Source of the DNA: Trichlorobacter lovleyi SZ
GTDB taxonomy: Bacteria; Desulfobacterota; Desulfuromonadia; Geobacterales; Pseudopelobacteraceae
Direction: 5' to 3'
DNA: 32,000 nucleotides
Assembly (NCBI RefSeq): GCF_000020385.1
Contig: NC_010814.1
Location: forward strand, 2,760,001 to 2,792,000
Shown here one piece after another: positions 8,235 to 13,945 of the stretch. Numbering within the stretch: position 1 is the first letter of the stretch; each line of letters starts with the position of its first letter. The notes beneath the pieces were generated by a model. The model was not told the DNA's origin and ran no database searches. It worked only from the letters and a program-made list of their open reading frames with translations. The translations under genes were made by a program, and so were the position numbers.

Positions 8235-9137
8235 ATGGAGCGGAGAAATTACAGGCATTATTTGACATCTATCTTTCTAATTTGTCTTGCAGTAACTGTT
8301 TGGGTACTCCAGGCAAAGGCAGCCGAACCTCAAAAATTGATTGGTGAACAAATTTCTATGATCGAAAAACGTCATGGTGGCCGCCTCGGTATTGCTGCGC
8401 TCAATACTGCGACTGGCATGCGTATCGAGTACCGTTCAGCAGAGCGGTTTGCAATGTGCAGCACATTCAAATTCATACTAGTGGCGGCAGTTCTCAAGCA
8501 AGTTGATGAAAAGAAGATCTCCCTGGATCGTGGAATTCCATATACTACAGCCGATCTTCTCGATTGGGCACCTATCACAAAAAAGCACGTATCTGATGGG
8601 GCAATGACTGTAGAGCGACTCTGTGCAGCGGCCATCGAATACAGTGACAACACGGCAGCGAATCTCCTTCTCGACTTGCTTGGTGGGCCTAAGGCTGTTA
8701 CTGCCTATGCGCGATCTCTGGGCGATTCAGTGACTCGCCTGGATCGAAACGAACCATCATTAAACGACAACTTACCGAATGATGATCGCGATACCACCAG
8801 CCCTTCATCGATGGTGGAAACGATGAACAAGGTTCTCTCGGGCCATGCCCTTTCTCCATCTTCTCGCAAGATTCTCGAAAATTATCTACTCGCTAATACT
8901 ACGGGTGCAAACAGGCTACGCGCCGGTATCCCTTTGGATTGGCGTGTAGGGGACAAAACGGGCACCGGCAGTAACGGAGCCGTCAACGACATTGCTGTCA
9001 TGTGGCCACCAGATAGGTCACCGATTTTCGTAGCAGTCTATTATTCCGGTTCCCCATCTCCCAACTCTGATCGAGAAGCAGTGCTCGCTGAGGTGGGCAA
9101 ACTTATCGCTATCGAATTCAACAAACGCAGTCACTAG
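8235..9137 (+). CDS. bla: Class A (serine) beta-lactamase with signal peptide
   Basis: S-x-x-K (RFAMCSTFKF), SDN (EYSDNTAANLLL), omega-loop RLDRNEPSLNDNLPNDDRDTTSP and KTG (GDKTGTG). Signal peptide MERRNYRHYLTSIFLICLAVTVWVLQAKA. GGGAG lies 10 nt upstream of ATG 8235. The track start 8172 lies inside attC1. The RFAMCSTFKF block is as I recall it in GES-type cassette enzymes. Confidence 0.9.
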   Translation: MERRNYRHYLTSIFLICLAVTVWVLQAKAAEPQKLIGEQISMIEKRHGGRLGIAALNTATGMRIEYRSAERFAMCSTFKFILVAAVLKQVDEKKISLDRGIPYTTADLLDWAPITKKHVSDGAMTVERLCAAAIEYSDNTAANLLLDLLGGPKAVTAYARSLGDSVTRLDRNEPSLNDNLPNDDRDTTSPSSMVETMNKVLSGHALSPSSRKILENYLLANTTGANRLRAGIPLDWRVGDKTGTGSNGAVNDIAVMWPPDRSPIFVAVYYSGSPSPNSDREAVLAEVGKLIAIEFNKRSH

Positions 9138-9192
9138 AATAGCAGGGAAATATGAGGGGTCTCAACTCTATATAAATGATTTGAAGTGATGA

Positions 9193-9270
9193 TCCCAACC
9201 AGCCGGTTGCACGCCGCCCCGCCCGGAAAACCGACCGGGCGATGCGGGTGAACCGGGCAACCCGTTATAC
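9193..9270 (+). other. attC site 2 (78 bp, GC-rich), end of cassette 2; crossover G9264|T9265
   Basis: R'' TCCCAAC, then CAGCCGGTTGCACGCCGCCCCGCCCGG, loop AAAACCGA, CCGGGCGATGCGGGTGAACCGGGCAACCC, then R' GTTATAC. Arm pairing: CCGGGCG/CGCCCGG, GCGG-GTG/CACGCCGC and AACCGG/CCGGTT, with bulges. Confidence 0.75.
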
Positions 9271-9404
9271 CAAGACAAAAAACCGAATTAAAACCGAAAA
9301 TCGAGCGCCCTGGAAGGGCACAAAATCTGAAGTATTTATTTACTTTTGTCTATAGTTATGAGAAATTATACGCGAAATTTTTTAGTATGCTGGGAGATAC
9401 ATCT

Positions 9405-10424
9405 ATGAAATATATGGTATGGAATAACAAGGGCGGCGTTGGTAAAACATTTATAACATTCATTCTTGCGTCTGAATACGCGCTTGCACACCCTGACGAA
9501 GATGTTGTTGTTGTTGATTTGTGTCCTCAAGCAAATGTTTCAGAAATGCTTTTAGGGGGAAATGGAAAAGGTGAAACCAATTTACAAAAATGTTACGACA
9601 ACCAAAGAACAATTGCTAGCTACATAAAAGCTAGATACGACAAGTCCCGTTTTGGTAAATTGGGAGATGAAACCGAATATTTTGTGAAAGTCGCTGACTA
9701 TAACGACGGGATGCCGGTTAATATGTATCTCATCCCTGGCGATATGGATTTAGATATATGTTCAACCATAATCAATTATTTGGCGCAAGCCCCGGAAAAG
9801 TCAGCATGGGTAAAGAGTAGAAAATTCTTAGTTGACCTCATCGAACCTTTTAATGGTGGAAATAAAAACAGGAAAAAAGTCTTTTTCTTTGATTGTAATC
9901 CAAGTTTTGCAAACTACACAGAAATGGCAGTTATTGCTTCTGATAGAATTATTGTTCCATGCACAGCTGACGCGGCATCCATAAGAGGTATTCATAATCT
10001 TTTTAGAATGATTTATGGAATAAAAGCGGGACAAGAATTTTCTGATGACGCGGTTTTTGATACCTTCAGTTCAAAGATAAAAGAATCTGGCATCAAACCA
10101 CCCAAAGTACACTTGTTTATTCAAAACAAATCTAGAGTATTAGACGCTTCAGCAACTAGTGCATTCAAGGCACATATCCAAGAAATAAAGGATATAGCGA
10201 GCGTTTTGAAGAAAAAATATCCTGATCACTTCACAGATAATAAAGGCGCTGTTTTGAACGTAAAGGACGGTAATACCCTAACATCTATATTGAATCACAC
10301 AGGACTTCCCTTATCTAAGGTACAACCTAAAACATACAGTATATATGGTAAAAGAACTCAAGCAAACCAAACGCAAATTGAGCCACTTTTAGATGATATA
10401 AAGAAATGTTTGGCAGTGCTTTGA
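9405..10424 (+). CDS. ParA/MinD-family P-loop ATPase (orphan; no ParB-like partner)
   Basis: Deviant Walker A MKYMVWNNKGGVGKTF, A' VVVVDLCPQAN, Walker B KVFFFDCNPSF. GGGAGA lies 8 nt upstream of ATG 9405; the track start 9387 adds 6 residues. The cassette is very AT-rich. Confidence 0.8.
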   Translation: MKYMVWNNKGGVGKTFITFILASEYALAHPDEDVVVVDLCPQANVSEMLLGGNGKGETNLQKCYDNQRTIASYIKARYDKSRFGKLGDETEYFVKVADYNDGMPVNMYLIPGDMDLDICSTIINYLAQAPEKSAWVKSRKFLVDLIEPFNGGNKNRKKVFFFDCNPSFANYTEMAVIASDRIIVPCTADAASIRGIHNLFRMIYGIKAGQEFSDDAVFDTFSSKIKESGIKPPKVHLFIQNKSRVLDASATSAFKAHIQEIKDIASVLKKKYPDHFTDNKGAVLNVKDGNTLTSILNHTGLPLSKVQPKTYSIYGKRTQANQTQIEPLLDDIKKCLAVL

Positions 10425-10470
10425 TTTTTAAACACAAAATACAGATTATCAATAATTCTTCTCTTACATT

Positions 10471-10499
10471 AAAGCGCCTGATTGGGCGCTTTTTTATTT
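10471..10499 (+). terminator. Rho-independent terminator inside cassette 3, upstream of its attC
   Basis: AAAGCGCC-tgattg-GGCGCTTT followed by TTTTATTT. Confidence 0.75.
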
Positions 10500-10518
10500 G
10501 ATTTTCAAAGATCAAAAT

Positions 10519-10572
10519 GTATAACCAACGCCTTAGACCCGTTTTGACGGGTCAAGGCTCACCCCGTTAAAT
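10519..10572 (+). other. attC site 3 (54 bp), end of cassette 3; crossover G10566|T10567
   Basis: R'' GTATAAC, then CAACGCCTTAGACCCG, loop TTTTGA, CGGGTCAAGGCTCACCCC, then R' GTTAAAT (fits GTTRRRY). GCCTTAGACCCG pairs with CGGGTC-AAGGC, leaving one unpaired A. R'' is the exact reverse complement of G+TTATAC, the first bases of this cassette (9264-9270). Confidence 0.85.
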
Positions 10573-10599
10573 TAGCAAATTCGATTCTAAGGAGGGGGT

Positions 10600-11235
10600 A
10601 TGAGGACGGCAGTTGAAAATTTACAAGTTTCACATCTTGTTCATTTTACTCGGCTAGAAAATCTTGAAGGTATTATGCGGCAAGGCATTCGTACACGATA
10701 TGATCTGGATAATTCAGGGACAGGATATATCTATAACGATGACTTAAGACTTGATGGGTACCCGAATGCAGCGTCAATATCAGTAAGTTACCCAAACTAC
10801 AAAATGTTTTATTCTTATCGCTGTGCGGACCATAATGTGCCATGGGTTGTTTTGAGATTAAGGCCGGACATTTTATGGGAAAAGAACTGTGCTTTTTGTT
10901 GGGAGAATGCCGCTTCTACGAATGTAACTTGTATTCCTATTGAAAATAGAAGGGGACGGGAAGCTTTTCTAGATTTGTTCGTAAATAAATCAGGTTACCC
11001 GACAAGGGAAACCACCTTAATCCCGCGAAGCTATCCAACTCATCCTCAGGCCGAAGTATTGGTTTTTGGGACAATTGAGCCTGCTTACATCACCAGAGTC
11101 GATTTGCCTACTCGCTTTAATCCAAACTCTGTTTTTTCGTCAATTAACAGACACTGCGAGTTTTGGTATGATGATGATTTGTTTTGGCCTCGACTTGACC
11201 ATCGGCATTGGCCAGCAAATTCATTTCAATTATGA
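10600..11235 (+). CDS. DarT-like ssDNA ADP-ribosyltransferase (DUF4433 family), putative toxin
   Basis: N-terminal SHLVHFTRLENLEGIMRQGI matches the DUF4433 hH(F/I)T..NL.sIh..G motif. A central FCWENAAS block corresponds to the F..(D/G)NA block. The C-terminal HPQAEVLVFGTIEPAYITRV matches the catalytic QAE(F)LV...I..I motif of DarT. Strong RBS AAGGAGGGGG. Confidence 0.7.
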   Translation: MRTAVENLQVSHLVHFTRLENLEGIMRQGIRTRYDLDNSGTGYIYNDDLRLDGYPNAASISVSYPNYKMFYSYRCADHNVPWVVLRLRPDILWEKNCAFCWENAASTNVTCIPIENRRGREAFLDLFVNKSGYPTRETTLIPRSYPTHPQAEVLVFGTIEPAYITRVDLPTRFNPNSVFSSINRHCEFWYDDDLFWPRLDHRHWPANSFQL

Positions 11236-11345
11236 GGGAGTTGATTGTAACGGGTGATCAAAAGCCTGGATACAGTCTGATAACAAAGACTATTTGCTCA
11301 AAAAAATATGTGAGAAATTTCACTTAGCCAATCAAAGGATTTATC

Positions 11346-12050
11346 ATGGCAGAAAGACCAGTCTACATACCTAATATTTCAGGAACTAATTTAGTTAAAA
11401 CTCAATATGTAGATTTTAAATGGTTCCCTGGTATGGCAATAGTTCAAAAACAAAAATCAATAGAATCACTTCACGAGGCCGCAAAAAAATTATTAAACAT
11501 TACTAACCTGTTAGAGATTTCGAGTAAATCTAAGACAACGTTAGGAGTGGATTTAAGTGCGTTCAACCTGATGATAACAACAATAAAATATAATAAAACT
11601 TTTAGCGTTGAGTCTGCTTTCCAATCAAGCAAAGTATTTGAGAAAGGGGGACCTTATTTAGACCTCCTCGACAAAACTTCACGCGAAGCTAAAAAGGATG
11701 GTCGTTTGCAAACATCAGGGCGATTAAAATGCTTCAAATTCTTTGGTATTGAGTGGGGACTAGAGCCACAAACTGCCTTCTATGATTGGCTGTATATAAA
11801 TGCACTGAAAAAAAACTCTGATTATGCTGAACAGGTCATGGAGTATTCAGCTTTCACAGACATTGAATTTAACCCTGAGCGATCGATTAATTGTCAAGCT
11901 TATTCTGCTGCACTTTATGTTTCCCTTTGCCACCGAGACCTTCTTGAATATGCTACTTCCTCTCAAACTGCATTTCTTGAAGTGGTTACAGGAGCCCCTA
12001 TCAGCAACGCACGCCAAGACGATATTGTGCAAGGGGCGCTCAAATTCTGA
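11346..12050 (+). CDS. Uncharacterised 234-aa protein, putative partner (antitoxin?) of the DarT-like gene; no macrodomain or NADAR motifs recognisable
   Basis: ORF MAERPVYIPNISGTNLVKTQYVDFKWFPGMAIVQKQKSIESLHEAAKK...YDWLYINALKKN...FNPERSINCQAYSAALYVSL. AAGGA lies 8 nt upstream of the ATG. Its stop codon abuts attC4. It shares one cassette with the DarT-like gene, 110 bp downstream of it. Confidence 0.7.
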   Translation: MAERPVYIPNISGTNLVKTQYVDFKWFPGMAIVQKQKSIESLHEAAKKLLNITNLLEISSKSKTTLGVDLSAFNLMITTIKYNKTFSVESAFQSSKVFEKGGPYLDLLDKTSREAKKDGRLQTSGRLKCFKFFGIEWGLEPQTAFYDWLYINALKKNSDYAEQVMEYSAFTDIEFNPERSINCQAYSAALYVSLCHRDLLEYATSSQTAFLEVVTGAPISNARQDDIVQGALKF

Positions 12051-12122
12051 AACTAACCAGGTGGCGGCACGCAGTCGGCGCGGAAAACCTCGCGCCGCTG
12101 GTGCGCCCCCACCCCGTTGGTC
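12051..12122 (+). other. attC site 4 (72 bp, GC-rich), end of cassette 4; crossover G12116|T12117
   Basis: R'' AACTAAC, then CAGGTGGCGGCACGCAGTCGGCGCGG, loop AAAACCT, CGCGCCGCTGGTGCGCCCCCACCCC, then R' GTTGGTC. The arms pair (CGCGCCG/CGGCGCG, GTGC/GCAC, CCACC/GGTGG) with bulges. The architecture and the GGAAAACC loop match attC2. Confidence 0.75.
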
Positions 12123-12137
12123 AGATAAGAGGAAGGC

Positions 12138-12416
12138 ATGAATATTACCAAAGACTCTAAGAAAGGGGACAAATTTGCGTGTCCGTGTTGCGGCTATAAG
12201 ACACTGTCAGAAAGAGGAGGCTACGACGACATCTGTAATGTCTGCTTCTGGGAAGATGATGGTCAAGACGATGAGGATGCCGACGTTATCAGAGGCGGCC
12301 CCAACGGGAAACTCAGTCTTTCGGAAGCCCGACGTAACTTCGCAGATTTTGGTGCCTGTGAGAAGAGCCACATCCGCAACGTCAGGAAACCCCAACAAGA
12401 GGAAATGCCGAACTAA
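12138..12416 (+). CDS. CPCC-family cysteine-rich small protein
   Basis: KFACPCCGYKTLSERGGYDDICNVCFWEDDGQDD...GGPNGKLSLSEARRNF matches the CPCC...C.VCFWEDD pattern of the CPCC family. AAGAGGAAGG RBS. Confidence 0.75.
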   Translation: MNITKDSKKGDKFACPCCGYKTLSERGGYDDICNVCFWEDDGQDDEDADVIRGGPNGKLSLSEARRNFADFGACEKSHIRNVRKPQQEEMPN

Positions 12417-12434
12417 GCAGAGACACTTCCCTTG

Positions 12435-12737
12435 TTACGGTTCAGAAAGTCGTGTTTCAATGTCCATATGCCCGTGCAAAACACGGACAATCTCGATAGT
12501 ATCGGTAAGCGTTTGGCGGTAAAAAATTACATGGCTACCAGCAAGCAATTTCCGGTAGCCAATGCGAATATCGCTGCAATCTTTCCCTTTAAGCGGATTG
12601 ACAGCCAACTGACGGAATGAAACGTCCAACATTTGTAGATACAAATCACGCTGTTCACGCCCCCAGCGGTTTTGGGTGAACTTGGCGATCTCTTTCAAAT
12701 CAGCCTTAGCCATGTTGGTGAGGGTAAAAGAAGGCAT
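12435..12737 (-). CDS. parE: Type II toxin, ParE/RelE family
   Basis: MPSFTLTNMAKADLKEIAKFTQNRWGREQRDLYL...GYRKLLAGSHVIFYRQTLTDTIEIVRVLHGHMD shows the ParE-family pattern. Its ATG overlaps the parD stop (ATGA at 12735-12739). Confidence 0.85.
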   Translation of the reverse strand: MPSFTLTNMAKADLKEIAKFTQNRWGREQRDLYLQMLDVSFRQLAVNPLKGKDCSDIRIGYRKLLAGSHVIFYRQTLTDTIEIVRVLHGHMDIETRLSEP

Positions 12738-12979
12738 CAGTTGAAACTTTTGCCGTCAAGTTCTGCCAGTAAACCCGAAAGCGAATAATCAGCGATGCCG
12801 CTTTCTTCTCCCTCAATTAGCGAACGGCGCAACAAAGACAACTTGGTCTCCCGTTCTTCCAACAGTCGCAGACCGGCTCGGATTGTCTCACTTGCTGAAC
12901 CAAAACGGCCTTGAACAACCTGCTGAGAAATGAAATTTTCGTAGTGTTTGCCGAGAGTAACACTGGTGTTTTTTTGCAT
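12737..12979 (-). CDS. parD: Type II antitoxin, ParD family
   Basis: MQKNTSVTLGKHYENFISQQVVQGRFGSASETIRAGLRLLEERETKLSLLRRSLIEGEESG matches the ParD_antitoxin family pattern. GGAGG lies 8 nt upstream of the ATG. Confidence 0.85.
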   Translation of the reverse strand: MQKNTSVTLGKHYENFISQQVVQGRFGSASETIRAGLRLLEERETKLSLLRRSLIEGEESGIADYSLSGLLAELDGKSFN

Positions 12980-13013
12980 GAGATTACCTCCATCACTGCT
13001 GTTATGACACTAC

Positions 13014-13040
13014 ATTATAATATTTATTGGTATCAGGCAA
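13014..13040 (-). promoter_or_regulatory. Candidate promoter for parDE
   Basis: On the minus strand: TTGCCT (complement of 13035-13040), a 15-nt spacer, then a perfect TATAAT (complement of 13014-13019), about 35 nt upstream of the parD ATG. The spacer is shorter than optimal. Confidence 0.4.
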
Positions 13041-13053
13041 GAGTTAGAATCAT

Positions 13054-13110
13054 GCCAAACCAGGCAAAAGCAGCGGCCTAACCAGCCGCTGTTCTCCCAA
13101 ACCGTTAAGC
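13054..13110 (+). other. attC site 5 (57 bp), end of cassette 5; crossover G13104|T13105
   Basis: R''-like GCCAAAC, then CAGGCAAAAGCAGCGGC, loop CTAACCA, GCCGCTGTTCTCCCAAACC, then R' GTTAAGC (fits GTTRRRY). Central stem CAGCGGC/GCCGCTG. It shares the AAC-CAG start and CC-GTT end with the other four sites, but the outer arm pairing is weaker. Confidence 0.65.
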
Positions 13111-13180
13111 AACCAATAAATTGCGTGTGCCCAACCACAAGCCTGGCACTGAAATACCGGATACCCAGAACCGAGAAGGT

Positions 13181-13720
13181 TTACTGAGAATACGGAGACT
13201 CCCCTTCAACATCGAATGGAATGCTTTTCCCTCCCAGCAGTAGTTCAAGCTCTTTCACTTTGGCGCCGTTCACACGTGCACCAGACAGAAAATATGTCGG
13301 TGTACCGACAACATCCAGTTTGGCTGCTACTGCCTGATGCCGCTTCAGGGCGCCATGGTCATTATATCGGCGTGCCGCTAGTTTTTCGTCAAAATCAAGG
13401 GAGCCGCTGAAGACCTGCTGGTAGGCTGCTGCACGGTCCGGTGAGCTGAGGATGTAATGAGCTTTTTGTGCAGCATCCGGATGGTTCTTTAAGGCAATCA
13501 GGAAGATGTAGCGGGTCACATCCTTCCGCATTGCCCAATAACGGGCCATGCGACGACTGAAACGGCAGTCCGGGTCTGATATTTCAACCACAATCTTGTT
13601 GCCGGTACCGACCCGGATCGCGTCGTGAAGCGGAATTTTCTTGAGCCAGCTATTGTCCGCGGCTGCAGATGCAGATGGTACCCAGACCAGAAAAATCAAG
13701 AGGATAACGATGCGAAACAT
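13181..13720 (-). CDS. Secreted thioredoxin-fold protein (DsbA/DsbC-like) with a CXXS active-site variant
   Basis: Signal peptide MFRIVILLIFLVWVPSASAAA from ATG 13720 (GGAG 7 nt upstream; the track start 13777 adds 19 aa). DPDCRFS sits at the usual CXXC position, and the C-terminus has VVGTPTYFL (cis-Pro loop, TP). Confidence 0.7.
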   Translation of the reverse strand: MFRIVILLIFLVWVPSASAAADNSWLKKIPLHDAIRVGTGNKIVVEISDPDCRFSRRMARYWAMRKDVTRYIFLIALKNHPDAAQKAHYILSSPDRAAAYQQVFSGSLDFDEKLAARRYNDHGALKRHQAVAAKLDVVGTPTYFLSGARVNGAKVKELELLLGGKSIPFDVEGESPYSQ

Positions 13721-13945
13721 AAGCAGCTCCTGAACATGAATCCGTTGGTGAAGCAACAAGGCTTTACAGCAGAGCAATACAGGAATGAGAAGAAGCAGGG
13801 CCAGGCCTTACCGGTCTGCCCGGTTATCCAAAGGACCCTCTGATTTCAAGATTGTTACAGAGGTTTTGGTAGCATAGCAGGCCAACCAACATCAACAGGC
13901 TGCTCTTCCGCGAATAAAGCCGTTGATTGGAACCACCGGCAATCG

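Larger units (their letters stand above)
4512..13110. mobile_element. Chromosomal integron: intI, promoter region, attI-like site and an array of at least five attC-bounded cassettes
   Basis: IntI-type recombinase sits divergent to a co-oriented gene array punctuated by five imperfect hairpins. Each hairpin starts ...AAC-CAR and ends ...CC-GTTRNNN. For two cassettes the first six bases are the exact complement of that cassette's own attC R'' box (see the attC features). The island is AT-richer by eye than both flanks. Confidence 0.85.

Noticed and set aside
9160-9166. TCTCAAC just after the bla stop, a 6/7 complement of the cassette-2 start G+TTGAGC and so a tempting R'' box
   Set aside because: The sequence between it and any downstream GTT core (TCTATATAAATGATTTGAAGTGATGA...) has no complementary arm. 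The structured hairpin starts at TCCCAAC (9193). It may be a relic or a coincidence.
9328-9404. Possible promoter for the ParA-like gene (TATAGT at 9351-9356, TTGTCT at 9346-9351)
   Set aside because: No -35/-10 pair with acceptable spacing could be assembled. AT-rich DNA gives many chance hexamers.
11066-11257. 63-aa + ORF overlapping the 3' end of the DarT-like gene
   Set aside because: It is an alternative frame of a gene with clear family motifs, and it has no RBS.
12175-12522. 115-aa + ORF overlapping the CPCC gene and parE
   Set aside because: It is out of frame with the well-motifed CPCC ORF, runs antisense into parE and has no motifs.
13127-13149. GCCCAAC (a perfect RYYYAAC) with a small GTGCC...GGCAC stem after attC5
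   Set aside because: There is no matching GTTRRRY partner at a plausible distance, and the stem is only 5 bp.
13880-13928. GGCCAAC-CAAC...AAAGCC-GTTGATT as a sixth attC
   Set aside because: It is only 49 bp, the arms do not base-pair, R' does not fit GTTRRRY, and R'' matches only 4/7 against the putative cassette start. It is kept as a low-interest finding only.
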